A model generated the notes under the pieces. The model was not told where the DNA came from. It did no database searches and saw nothing but the letters and a program-made list of their open reading frames with translations. Of a DNA stretch of 32,000 bases, positions 1-10,350 are shown one piece after another. This DNA comes from Candidatus Iainarchaeum sp. (lineage in GTDB: Archaea; Iainarchaeota; Iainarchaeia; Iainarchaeales; CSSED10-239). The DNA is taken from positions 22,166 through 54,165 of the forward strand of contig JAQVTI010000005.1 in NCBI GenBank assembly GCA_028700115.1. The letters are read 5' to 3'. The translations under genes and the position numbers were made by a program. Numbering within the stretch: position 1 is the first letter of the stretch; each line of letters starts with the position of its first letter.

Positions 1-2316
1 TGACAAAATTTCACTAGTTTTATCTAAAATATTTTCTTTTTCTCTAATATATCTTAAAGCAGATTTATATGTTGTAAAAATAATCCTGACAACACCATCT
101 TGAACTGAATTTCTTTTAATAATCTTAAAAACACCAACTTTAGATGTATTATTTAAATGAAGACCAGCACAAGCTTGAACATCAATACCTAAAATTTCAA
201 TAATTCTAAGAGAATTCCCTGGAATTGCACCACCTTGATATAATCTAAATCCATATTTTTTTTCAGCTAGATCTTTATCTAATGTAAAAATATTTATATC
301 AATTGAATCAAATATCCAATTATTAACTAATTCTTCAATTTGTATAATTTCACTATCTGTGATAGCTTTATAATGAGTAATATCTAAATGTGCTTGGTTT
401 ATATCTTTATAAGCCCCAGCTTGCCAAATATGATTTCCTAAAATTTGTTTACAAGCTGCATTTAATAAATGAGTCCCAGTATGTTGAGATCTAAGTTGCC
501 TTTGTCTATCTACATCTACTAAAAGAACTACTGCTTGTCCAACATTTAATGTTTTTTGAAAATTATCTAAAATATGTAAAATCTTACCTTCAAAATTATA
601 AACTTCTAAAACATCAAAAGACCCATTAATAGTCCCTTTATCAAAAGACTGCCCTCCTCCTTCTGGATAAAAAACAGTTTGATCTAAAATAACCAAATTT
701 TTAGATGCATATATGATTTTTGAAACACATTCTGTTTTATCTTCATAATATATTTTTTTTGTATTTGAAAGCATTTTAATAATTTCTACATTTTCTTTTT
801 CTAAAAGTTTTTCAATTTTATTATTTTCTTTTATTTTTTCAGTTTCATTACTTTGAGATATTAATTCAAAATAATTAGATGGTATTTTAATTTCTTTTTT
901 TAATTTTAAAGAAGTTTGAATTATTTGTTCTTTAGTTATTCCATCACTTTTATAAAACATAACCATATCTTTTAAAGAAATATCTTTTCCTGAAGAAAAA
1001 AATAATTCTAATTTTTGTTTTGCTTTTATTTGATTTTCTAAATATTTTTTTCGTTCTTCTTCTAAAATATCACATGCTGATTTATATCCTTTAATAATTG
1101 TAGGATCAAATTCTTTTAAAGAATCTATATGAATTTTAAAAATCTGATTTAAATCTAAATCAAAAGAATATTTTCTTTGCATATCAAATATCCTTCTAGC
1201 TAAAATTCTAAGATTATATCCCCCTCCAGAATTACTTGGTAAAAGTCCATCTGTACAAGTATATAAAAGTGTTTTAGTATGATCTGCAATTGCATATAAT
1301 GCAAAAATAGGATCTAAAATTTCAAATAATTCTTTTTTTGAATATCCTAAATTTTCTGCAATTTTTTCTTGTTCTTTTTCTAAATTTTTTACTTCATCTA
1401 TATTTAATTTAGATGAATCTTTATAAAAAGCTAAAAGTAATTTTTTATCAAAATTAATTTTTGTTTTCTTTTTTAAATAATCTAATACTTCTTTAAAAGT
1501 AATATCATAACTAGTAGGAGTTCCATTTGTATACCAAACAAGTCTTTCATAACCTGCACCCATATCTATAACAGGTCTTTCTAATTTTTTATGAGTTCCA
1601 TTTTTTAAATCTTGAAACTCCATAAAAACACAGTTTCCTAATTCCACTCCATTTGCAAAATATTCCATTGAAGGCCCAAAATAACCTCCACCTTCCCAAA
1701 CATCTTCTTTAAAGATTAAGTCTTTTTCTTTAACTCCAATAACTTTAGTTAAATATTCAAAATCAAGACTAATTGCTTCTTCTTTAAAATATGGTTTTTT
1801 TGGATCTGTATTAAATGCATGTTGCCCAAACATAACAAATGTTGTATAATGTGTTCCAGTAACTCCTACATTTGAAACATCTCCAAATCAAATAGAAGTC
1901 TGTGGGACAATTAAAGGATCTGCTGGAGGTTTAACTTCTCCATTTACAACATATGGTTGAAAATCTATAATTGAGGCATTTGTAAAATACAAATCACTTC
2001 TCCATCTAGGTATAACTGGATATCTTGGAATTGAAGTATGTCCATTTTTTTCAAAGAACTTTTCTATTTTTTTCCAACATTCAGTATAACTATATTCTTT
2101 TGTTTTTTTACCTAAAAAAGAAACACCCATACAAGAAGAATCAGAACAAATTTCTTTAGAAGAATCAAGTGTCCAAAATGGATCTCCACAATTTTTACAA
2201 ATTTTTCTTTCATATCCTAATTTAGTAAGAGCCTTAACTTGATAATGTTCCTTCCAGTTTTTTTCAAACATAGGTCTAACTTGCTTTTTAAGTAAAGTTT
2301 CTGCCATAATTTCCAC
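1..2316 (-). CDS. alaS: Archaeal-type alanyl-tRNA synthetase; 3' end lies outside the window and one in-frame TGA is present at 1888-1890
   Basis: ORF 1888..2316 has an archaeal AlaS N-terminal Zn-like segment (CKNCGDPFWTLD...CSDSSC), then SYTECWKKIEKFFEKNGHT, RYPVIPRWRSDLYFTNASIIDFQPYVVNGEVKPPADPLIVPQTSI. The same minus-strand frame (codon low coordinate = 1 mod 3) stays open from 1887 to position 1 when read codon by codon: FGDVSNVGVTGTHYTTFVMFGQHAFN, WEGGGYFGPSMEYFANGVELGN, GAGYERLVWYTNGTPTSYD, DPIFALYAIADHTKTLLYTCTDGLLPSNSGGGYNLR, TGTHLLNAACKQILGNHIWQAGAYKDINQAHLDITHYK, ACAGLHLNN. The likely true start is the internal MAETLLKK. Confidence 0.93.
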
Positions 2317-2452
2317 ATTTATAAATATATAAATATATTTTAAAATATATAATATATATAAAGAAGTATTTGTTTTTAAACTTTATTAATTTATAAAAAA
2401 ATAAAAATAAATATAAAAATAGAAATATTAAAAAATATAAATTTTAAAAAAA

Positions 2453-3775
2453 TTAAAGTTTAGATTTTAAAAAAGAAATAGCTTCTTTTACACTATATTC
2501 TTTTTCATCTCCAGAAACCATATCTTTAATTTTTATAACATTCTTATTAATTTCGTCTTCTCCAATTATACCTACATAAGATATATTTAATTTATTAGCA
2601 TAATCTAAATTTTTACCAATAGATTTTCTAGATAATAAATCATAAGAAGTATTTATTCCATTTTCTCTAAATTCAAAAGCAAGTTTTGAGACTTCTTTTA
2701 AAAATTTATTTGAAATTGAACATATATAAAAATCAATAGTTGTAAGTTTGTTTAGACCTTCTTTTTGTTTAATAACTTCCATAATTGGTTCAAGTCCAAG
2801 ACTTGCCCCAACTGCTGGTAAATTCATATTATCATTACAAACATATTTACCAATCATCTCATCCCATCTTCCTCCACCAGAAAGTGAAGAAGACATAATC
2901 TTTTCATCATTATAAACAACTTCAAAGATAGGACCTGTATAATAAGATAAACCTCTTGCAAGAGATGGTAAAAATTTATAAGAAATATTTAAATTATCTA
3001 AATATGAAAATAGTTCTTTAAGTTCTAAAATGCCTTCAGTTTGTCCAAGTTTTTCTTCAATTTTATTTAAAATTTCTAAATTGTTTCCTTCTTGACAAAT
3101 TATTTCAAATATATTATCAATTGTTTCTTCTAAAATATCTTTTTCTAGAAGTTCTTTTTTAACTCCAACTTGTCTAATCTTTTTTAGTTTATCTAAACTA
3201 ATAATAACTGTACTTTGTTTATCTTTAGGTATTTTTACAAAATCTAAAATTTTAGATAAAAGCTTTCTATTATTAATCTCAATAGTTACATCTAAATCTA
3301 ATTTTTTAAAAGCATAAGCAATAACAGAAATAATCTCACAATCTGCAATCATTTCCTTTGCTCCAACAATATCTATATCACATTGATAAAATTCTCTATA
3401 TCTTCCTTTCTTAATAGGTCCATCTCTAAAAACAGAACCTATTTGATATCTTTTAAAAGGTAATTTAGTTTGTGGGTTTTGAGCCATAAATCTTGCAAGT
3501 GCAAAAGTAAATTCATATCTTAAACCTAACTCTCTTTTTCCTTGATCTTTAAAAGAATATAATTCACCAACGATGTCTGAATCTTCTCCTGCTCCAAACT
3601 TTGCAGTTAAAACTTCTTTTCTTTCGATTATAGGAGTTTCTAATGGTGAAAAACCATAAATTTCAAAAGCTTTTTTAATTATAGAAATAACTTTATCTCT
3701 TAAAATTTTTTCTTCAGGAGAAAAATCTCTAAATCCTTTTGGAAGTGAAATATCTATTTTTTTCATAAAAGCCAC
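2453..3775 (-). CDS. hisS: Histidyl-tRNA synthetase; the likely start is the internal ATG at 3764-3766 (MKKIDISLPKGFRDF)
   Basis: Class II HisRS motifs: LPKGFRDFSPEE, LRYEFTFALARFMAQNP, PFKRYQIGSVFRDGPIKKGRYREFYQCDIDIVG, LARGLSYYTGP-like segment (SLARGLSYYTGPIFEVV), SLGLEP-like GASLGLEPI. Confidence 0.95.
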   Translation of the reverse strand: MAFMKKIDISLPKGFRDFSPEEKILRDKVISIIKKAFEIYGFSPLETPIIERKEVLTAKFGAGEDSDIVGELYSFKDQGKRELGLRYEFTFALARFMAQNPQTKLPFKRYQIGSVFRDGPIKKGRYREFYQCDIDIVGAKEMIADCEIISVIAYAFKKLDLDVTIEINNRKLLSKILDFVKIPKDKQSTVIISLDKLKKIRQVGVKKELLEKDILEETIDNIFEIICQEGNNLEILNKIEEKLGQTEGILELKELFSYLDNLNISYKFLPSLARGLSYYTGPIFEVVYNDEKIMSSSLSGGGRWDEMIGKYVCNDNMNLPAVGASLGLEPIMEVIKQKEGLNKLTTIDFYICSISNKFLKEVSKLAFEFRENGINTSYDLLSRKSIGKNLDYANKLNISYVGIIGEDEINKNVIKIKDMVSGDEKEYSVKEAISFLKSKL

Positions 3776-3982
3776 AATTTTTTTAAATATTATTTATATT
3801 TAATTATAAGTACCAACAAATATATAAATTGTTTTAAGATACTAAATAAATAATTTAAAAAAAATTAAAAGAATATTACTATATTTATATTAAAAAATTA
3901 TTTTTAAAAAGAAAAAGAAAAAACTTTTTAATTAAAAATTAAAAAGTTAAAATTATTTGAAAAGAAATTAATATATAAAAAT

Positions 3983-4252
3983 CTATAAACTACTTTTGAA
4001 ATCTTTTCCAACTTTAAAAGTAACTGTCTTAGAAGCTTTGATTTTCATTTCTTTTCCTGTTTGTGGATTTCTTCCCATTCTTGCAGCTCTTTTTTTAACA
4101 TTGAAAGTTCCAAATCCAATTAATTGTAATTTTCCATGTTTCTTGATTATCTTTTTCATTACATCCATTTCCATGTTCAAAAGTCTTTCAAGTTCTGCTT
4201 TAGAATAATCAGAATTTTTTGCCATTTCTTCAATTAACATTTTTTTATTCAT
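3983..4252 (-). CDS. HU/IHF-family DNA-binding protein, bacterial type, 89 aa
   Basis: HU/IHF consensus: LIGFGTFNVKKRAARMGRNPQTGKEMKIKASKTVTFKVGKDFK; size and N-terminal helical layout fit. Confidence 0.93.
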   Translation of the reverse strand: MNKKMLIEEMAKNSDYSKAELERLLNMEMDVMKKIIKKHGKLQLIGFGTFNVKKRAARMGRNPQTGKEMKIKASKTVTFKVGKDFKSSL

Positions 4253-4268
4253 ATTTTCTCAAACCCCC

Positions 4269-4286
4269 GTTATCTATTAAGATAAC
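4269..4286 (-). promoter_or_regulatory. Perfect 6-bp inverted repeat in the leader just upstream of the HU start codon
   Basis: GTTATC-TATTAA-GATAAC on the + strand, 17 nt upstream of the HU ATG. On the coding strand it is followed by GGGGGTTTGAGAAAATATG. Function not established. Confidence 0.3.
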
Positions 4287-4359
4287 ATTAATTATATTTA
4301 ATTTTATACATCTAAAGCTTTTTAAACCTTTGTTAAAAATATACTAAATTTCATATTAA

Positions 4360-4380
4360 AAACCTTATTTATAAGGGTTT
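4360..4380 (-). terminator. Possible intrinsic-like terminator hairpin downstream of the 1836-aa gene
   Basis: Coding-strand sequence AAACCCTTATAAATAAGGTTTTT, 20 nt beyond the TAA at 4401-4403. Arms pair with one bulge and are followed by a short T run. Confidence 0.35.
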
Positions 4381-4400
4381 AAAGACCAATTATAAAATAT

Positions 4401-7400
4401 TTATTTTATTCTAATTTCATATCCATAAGTAAAAATATTTTTATCAATTAAATCTATAAAATCAGAATAATCAAAATTAATTATAAAAAATCTATCATTA
4501 ACTTTTTCATATTCTAATTTTTTAATAAACTTATTATTAATATATAATGTAGGTATAAAAATTAGATTTTTCTGAGGATTATATACCCCAAATATATTAA
4601 AAGGCCCATCATTTTCATTATACAAAACATATCCAGAAACTTCATCAAAGTATATAGAATATTTTTTCCATTGATCAGCTCTATTTCTTATATAATTACT
4701 TAGAGGATATTTATCAATCCAATAATGTTTTTCTAAAATAAAGGAATAATTTTTATTATCTTCTAAATTTGGATTTAATCTAATTTGATTTAAGATATCT
4801 TCATAAAGCCAGAAATTTCTATAATTATTATTTTCAGGTTCTTTATAAGGATATATCTTGTTATAAGGATATGAGCTAGTAAATTTAATTTTACTAAAAT
4901 TATATGAATAATTTAAGATAACATCCTTACCTCTATCATTTTCAAAATAAATATAATTAATATTAGTTTGTTCACCATCTTTATTTAATAAATTTCTAGT
5001 AAATATAGTTCCAATTTTTGGAAAATACATAATTTTTAAATCACTAATATCTACAGAACTTCTAAATATTTTTTTACTTAATAAATTATTTTTTTCTAAA
5101 GGATCTAAAAACACATAAAATCCTTCATCATCTGAATAATATGCATACAAACCATATTCTAATATATTATCTTTAGAAACACTAATTAAATTTGATTGAT
5201 TTATATTTGAATTAAGAGGTCTAAAAGAAATACTAGGATCTCCAAGTAAAAAAATAGACTCTAACCCATTTTGTTTATTTTCTTCAGAATTAATATATGC
5301 ATTTTGTGTAAGTCTTAAAAGATTTGATAATTTATTATTATAAATATTTATAGGAAACATATCATAATTAATATGAAGTGAATTATAACTTGCAAGATAA
5401 TTAGATGCACCTCTATCTAAAAACTCTCTTCCTAAATAAACTCCAGTTAGACAACTTTGTGCAAAGATAACAGGTCTATTTTCTAGATATGAATCAATAT
5501 AATCTATTGTAAATAAATCTTTTGTAACTCCAAAAGAATCAGTAATTGCAAATAAATTTGGCCCTCCATGAGATATAAAATAAATTTGATCCATATTATA
5601 AAAATCACTAACTAATTCATCCTTTGAAGGTGAAACTTTAAAAGGATAATAAGATTTTTCTAAAAAGTTTTCACTTTCTGCAATACTGTTTTTAAATAAT
5701 GGAATTTCATCAAATATTTCTGTATTAAATGTATGCACATTATTTAATTTATAATCACCTAAATCTAATTTAAAATCAAAACCAATAGAGTGTAATTTAT
5801 TAATAAATCTATCAACATTAATAATATAAGATTCTGAATCAGGATATAGAATGTGTGTGTATTTTTTTAATAATTCATTTTTATCTTTATATCTTCCATA
5901 ATCAAAATCTAAATTTTTATAATAATATTTTAAATAATCATTAATTTCTTCAAAAGTTAATCTTCCAACATTTAATTCAACATCTTTATCATCATCAACA
6001 TTTCCATAATAAAGATTATCTAAAACAAAAGGAAAATCTGTTAATGATTTAAAATTATTATAAATTTCCATATGAACATCACTTGCTAAATTACCAAACA
6101 AAACATCTGTTTTTACTGGAATTGCATCATAATCTCCTAAAAGTAATAAATAATCAAAAGCTTCTGTAATATGTTCTAACTTTACATTTGTTTTAATTTC
6201 TTTAATTGCTTTAGAATAATCAATATCTGCATATGAATTTTCAAAATTATCAACAATATTATAATCTAAATCTAATTTAGGTAATTTAACTTCTTCAAAA
6301 TTAAAATAATAAGTTCTTTCTTTATCTTTAAATGAATAAACATTTTCTTTTAAAATTGCATAATATGAATCTCCTCTTTTTTCTACAGAATCCACATATG
6401 CAGTTACATTTAATCCATCTCTACTATAAGAGTTATCTAAATTATGAATATTTACATTAAAATGAATCTCTTTATTATATTTTTTTAAATCATTTAAAAC
6501 AGATAAATCTGTCATTTTACGTTTAAAATTATATTTTTCAACATCATTTAAACTTGTAAGATCTAAATCTTCAAAATAAATATCTGAAATTGTAATAAAA
6601 TTAAAATCATTTGAAGTTAAATAGTTTACATTCTCATCAATAAAGCTACCTTCAATTAATTTTGCATGATTTAAAATATAATCATTAAAGTCTTCAGGAG
6701 TAAGATAATTATAATTAAATACATAGTTTAAATTATCTAAACCATCTATTTTAAAATTATACATATTATTTGCATAATTGTAAGAAATATCCCCAGATTT
6801 ATTCTCATTTGGAATTGCACTAAAATTAATTTCCCCAGAATCTTTAAAAATTAATTTTCTTATTTCAGTCCAGTCGTCTTTATCAAAATCATAATAATAA
6901 TCATCAAAATATTCTGTTTTTCCATAACTTTCTCTTATAGGAAAACCAACCTCTAAACCATCATAAGTACACCCATATGTTTTCATAAAAGCTCCAAATC
7001 TATCTACATATAAACCAGTAAATGGAACTTTAAAACACATATAAGGTTTACCAAAAATAAAATTAACTACATTCTCATTAGATGCTTCGATTTTTTTATT
7101 TTCACTAATTGGCAAATTATTATTTTGTGAAATTAAAAAATCATTATACCATATTTTATTTTTAATATCAAAAACAATTTGATCATCTTTATTTAATGCA
7201 GCTCCTAAATTCACATCCACAATATTTTTATAATCTATAACAGAAGAACTTGAATTATAATCAAATAAAGAAACAAAAGGTGTTTCTAAATAAATATCTC
7301 CACCTATAAATAAATTTTTAAAATCATAACCATTTTGTAAATCAAAATCAAAATAATTATATACATTATAAAAATTATTTAATTTATCACAATAATTATA

Positions 7401-9911
7401 GACATTAGGATTACAATTAAAAGTTATAAAATCATAAGAATCACTACTTGCTTTTCTTGAAAACAATAAATCCATTCCAGAACCAACTTTAAAAGACACA
7501 TCATCATCTAATAATTTACTTCCAAGATTAACTTTTTCATTAATTGATTTTTCTTCAAAAAACAAATTATATTGATCAGTATTTACAACTAATGTATTAT
7601 ATTTTATTTCAGGATCATAATTTACAGAAACATTTAAATCTAGTAATTTCTTATTAGCTTTATTTTCAAATATATTACGATCATAATTATAAATTATAGA
7701 ATTATTATTAAAATTTAAAGTAACATTATTAGAAATTGGATCTAATGATCTTACATAAAAATCTATATTTCCATTTGATACTTTATTAAAAACAGAAGTT
7801 TCAAAACTATCTGAAAATTCTTTTTCTGGAAAAGTATTTCTTTGGAAAATAGTATATTTTTTCAAAATAGCATCATGATAAACAACATAATTATCTGTAA
7901 AATAAAATCTAGATTCATCTCCACCTAATCCTTCAAATATATAATTATCAAAAACATAATTTCTAGAAACTTTCTTAAATTCACTCTCACCAATCTTCTT
8001 ATTAAAATTAATTGTAAAATTATGTTTTTCTAATACATTTTGAGAAACATAATATTTATTAAAAACATCATAATAATAAACTGTTTTTACTCCATTTGAA
8101 TTTTCAGAAATACAACTTAAAACAACATACTCATCAGAATCAATTTGTTCTTGAGGAGTAGCATTAGTTTTATCTACAAAAGGATCTTGTTTAATATTAC
8201 AAGGAATATTATTTTCTAAAACATGTTTTTTAGAAGATAAATCTAAAAAAGAAATTTCAAAATTTACAAAATTTTCATTAAACCCATTAAATTTAATTAC
8301 AAAATTATCATAATAAAATAAATAATATCTACTATAAATTTCATAATCATTTATTTCTTTTGAAAACTTCTTATAAAAATCAGAAACTTTAATAGTCCTT
8401 CCTTGAAGTCCAGCTTTATTTACTGATGGTTCTGGATAGTTAACTTTATTATAAGATTCAGATTCATCTACATTTATAAATTCACTAAAAAAGAAATTAT
8501 AAGTATGTGCATTTTTAACAAAATGATTCATATAAGTTTCTTTAGATTCAACAAATGAAAAATCACAAATATAAAGTCCAGTATGCTCATTATCTTCTAT
8601 ACATCTATCATATGTATCTAATTTTTCAAAATATCTAAATTTAGCATAATTTTCAATAGGAACTTCTCTCCAACCTTTTTCTTGAGAAATAAGCTCTCCT
8701 AAATCATTTATCCCTGCAAAATTATCTTCTTTATAAAAATCTAAATCTTCATGTGTTTCTAAATATTTTTCTTCAGTTTGGTCTTTAGGATAAACAACAG
8801 CTCCATCTTTTAAAATATTAATATGCAAAGATTCTAAAGAATTATATATATTATTTAAATTAAATTTCAAAGTTGATTCTTTTTCAAAAGTATAATCTGA
8901 TTTTATATAAGCAATTGCTCTATTTAAATATGCTCTAGGAATAAGATATCTTTTCTCAAGCATACTTTGTAAAGTTTCTTGAGAAAAATGTTTTCCTAAT
9001 TCATCTGGTGTTCTTTTAATTAATGCAATCTTATTTTCTAAAGGATATTTTTCATAATATTTAATAACTTCTTTTTCTTCTAAAGTCAAAGAATCATAAT
9101 TAAAATTATAATTTAGAACAAAAACAGGTAATTTTTCAAATATCTCATAAGATTTAACAGGTTTTGTTCTATCTTCTAAAAAGGTCTCTTTTTTAGAACT
9201 TTTTAAATAAGGATTAATTGAAGGATTATATCTTCCAGATTCATAATAATAATTTTTTTCTAATAAAGATGAAGAGTAAGGATCTAATATTCTTTTTGAA
9301 CTTATTTCATTTTCTTTTTCTTCAGAATAAATATTTGGATAATAAATATAATTAATTGGAGAAGAAGGAGTTAAATTTAAATTTATAAAATCAAAATCAG
9401 AAAAAACCTTTTCAATAACATCAGATGTCTCAAATTCTAATTTTAAATCTTTAACAAGTTCTAGTTCTTTTTTATAATTGTCATAATTATAATTTAGATT
9501 ATCAGAAGTATATTCAAAATCAGGATATTTAGAGTCTTGATTTCTACAAGAATCACAAGATGGACTTGTAAGTAAATATCTAAAAGTTAATTTCTCAACA
9601 TTATTATCTTCAGAATCTATTTGATGAGGAGAATAAAAGGTAATAGGTGAGAAAAAATAATTATCAAATCTATTAGTCATTTGAGTTTCATCTAAAAAAT
9701 ATTTTGTATTTCCTGAAAATTCACTTGCATCTTTTGGAAAATTTAGATTTGAAATATCACTAGAAAAACCAAATATATCTTTAAAAGTATCAACTAAACT
9801 AAACTCAGAAGACATAGATATATTTGTATCAATTGCAAACATTAACAGAAACAATCCTAAAATAAAAACAATTAATATTAAAATATTAAAAATATTCTTT
9901 TTAAATAACAT
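4401..9911 (-). CDS. Giant (1836 aa) membrane-anchored or secreted protein with a gingipain-like peptidase C25 domain near the C-terminus
   Basis: N-terminal hydrophobic segment NIFNILILIVFILGLFLLMFAI. C25-like order of motifs: YLLLLGDYDAIP, ASDVHMEIY, LYYGNVDDDKDVELNVGRL, YFISHGGPNLF (candidate His, codon 5568-5570), PVIFAQSCLTGVYLG (candidate Cys, codon 5451-5453), IFLLGDPSISFRPL. Confidence 0.8.
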   Translation of the reverse strand: MLFKKNIFNILILIVFILGLFLLMFAIDTNISMSSEFSLVDTFKDIFGFSSDISNLNFPKDASEFSGNTKYFLDETQMTNRFDNYFFSPITFYSPHQIDSEDNNVEKLTFRYLLTSPSCDSCRNQDSKYPDFEYTSDNLNYNYDNYKKELELVKDLKLEFETSDVIEKVFSDFDFINLNLTPSSPINYIYYPNIYSEEKENEISSKRILDPYSSSLLEKNYYYESGRYNPSINPYLKSSKKETFLEDRTKPVKSYEIFEKLPVFVLNYNFNYDSLTLEEKEVIKYYEKYPLENKIALIKRTPDELGKHFSQETLQSMLEKRYLIPRAYLNRAIAYIKSDYTFEKESTLKFNLNNIYNSLESLHINILKDGAVVYPKDQTEEKYLETHEDLDFYKEDNFAGINDLGELISQEKGWREVPIENYAKFRYFEKLDTYDRCIEDNEHTGLYICDFSFVESKETYMNHFVKNAHTYNFFFSEFINVDESESYNKVNYPEPSVNKAGLQGRTIKVSDFYKKFSKEINDYEIYSRYYLFYYDNFVIKFNGFNENFVNFEISFLDLSSKKHVLENNIPCNIKQDPFVDKTNATPQEQIDSDEYVVLSCISENSNGVKTVYYYDVFNKYYVSQNVLEKHNFTINFNKKIGESEFKKVSRNYVFDNYIFEGLGGDESRFYFTDNYVVYHDAILKKYTIFQRNTFPEKEFSDSFETSVFNKVSNGNIDFYVRSLDPISNNVTLNFNNNSIIYNYDRNIFENKANKKLLDLNVSVNYDPEIKYNTLVVNTDQYNLFFEEKSINEKVNLGSKLLDDDVSFKVGSGMDLLFSRKASSDSYDFITFNCNPNVYNYCDKLNNFYNVYNYFDFDLQNGYDFKNLFIGGDIYLETPFVSLFDYNSSSSVIDYKNIVDVNLGAALNKDDQIVFDIKNKIWYNDFLISQNNNLPISENKKIEASNENVVNFIFGKPYMCFKVPFTGLYVDRFGAFMKTYGCTYDGLEVGFPIRESYGKTEYFDDYYYDFDKDDWTEIRKLIFKDSGEINFSAIPNENKSGDISYNYANNMYNFKIDGLDNLNYVFNYNYLTPEDFNDYILNHAKLIEGSFIDENVNYLTSNDFNFITISDIYFEDLDLTSLNDVEKYNFKRKMTDLSVLNDLKKYNKEIHFNVNIHNLDNSYSRDGLNVTAYVDSVEKRGDSYYAILKENVYSFKDKERTYYFNFEEVKLPKLDLDYNIVDNFENSYADIDYSKAIKEIKTNVKLEHITEAFDYLLLLGDYDAIPVKTDVLFGNLASDVHMEIYNNFKSLTDFPFVLDNLYYGNVDDDKDVELNVGRLTFEEINDYLKYYYKNLDFDYGRYKDKNELLKKYTHILYPDSESYIINVDRFINKLHSIGFDFKLDLGDYKLNNVHTFNTEIFDEIPLFKNSIAESENFLEKSYYPFKVSPSKDELVSDFYNMDQIYFISHGGPNLFAITDSFGVTKDLFTIDYIDSYLENRPVIFAQSCLTGVYLGREFLDRGASNYLASYNSLHINYDMFPINIYNNKLSNLLRLTQNAYINSEENKQNGLESIFLLGDPSISFRPLNSNINQSNLISVSKDNILEYGLYAYYSDDEGFYVFLDPLEKNNLLSKKIFRSSVDISDLKIMYFPKIGTIFTRNLLNKDGEQTNINYIYFENDRGKDVILNYSYNFSKIKFTSSYPYNKIYPYKEPENNNYRNFWLYEDILNQIRLNPNLEDNKNYSFILEKHYWIDKYPLSNYIRNRADQWKKYSIYFDEVSGYVLYNENDGPFNIFGVYNPQKNLIFIPTLYINNKFIKKLEYEKVNDRFFIINFDYSDFIDLIDKNIFTYGYEIRIK

Positions 9912-9998
9912 AATAAATCTACCTTAAATATATATTAGTAGATTTATTTATAAATATAATTAATTCTTTTAAAAAAATAAAAATATAGTAAAAAAAAA

Positions 9999-10349
9999 TT
10001 ATTTTTTTCTTGAAAGAGTAGAAGTTCCCCATATAAATGTAGATATTAATCCAAATCCTAAAAACAAATATAACATAGTAATACTTGCTGTAAGATAAAG
10101 ATATTTATAAACTAAAAAATAAGCTAAAACACCTGTCAAAATATATGCTAAAATTCCTTTACCAATTGAATTTACAATAGTTTCATATATAAAAAATACA
10201 ATAATACCCATCATTAAATACTTTACTACTGGAAAAGCAACCATTGCTCCAGGAATAATTAAAACTCCAATTATAATTACAATTATAATTTTGAAAATCA
10301 TAGGAATTGGACCTAAAAAAGATAACATTTTTCCTTTTTCAGAAAACAT
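9999..10349 (-). CDS. Small multi-pass membrane protein, 116 aa, unknown function
   Basis: Several hydrophobic segments (MIFKIIIVIIIGVLIIPG, YLMMGIIVFFIYETIV, LAYILTGVLAYFLVYKYLY, ITMLYLFLGFGLISTFIWG). Start codon is 1 nt from the stop codon of the upstream 123-aa ORF. Confidence 0.7.
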   Translation of the reverse strand: MFSEKGKMLSFLGPIPMIFKIIIVIIIGVLIIPGAMVAFPVVKYLMMGIIVFFIYETIVNSIGKGILAYILTGVLAYFLVYKYLYLTASITMLYLFLGFGLISTFIWGTSTLSRKK

Positions 10350-10350
10350 T

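Noticed and set aside
1249-1290. Suspected frameshift in alaS near ADHTKTLLY
   Set aside because: On careful rereading of line 1261 the frame is continuous: DPIFALYAIADHTKTLLYTCTDGLLPSNSGGG.
1-1887. Genome-wide reassignment of TGA to Arg
   Set aside because: Only one internal TGA was found in alaS. The 828- and 2447-aa genes end in TGA at plausible ends, and the other long ORFs contain no internal TGA.
3996-4208. 70-aa plus-strand ORF
   Set aside because: Fully antisense to the well-supported HU gene and has no recognisable domain.
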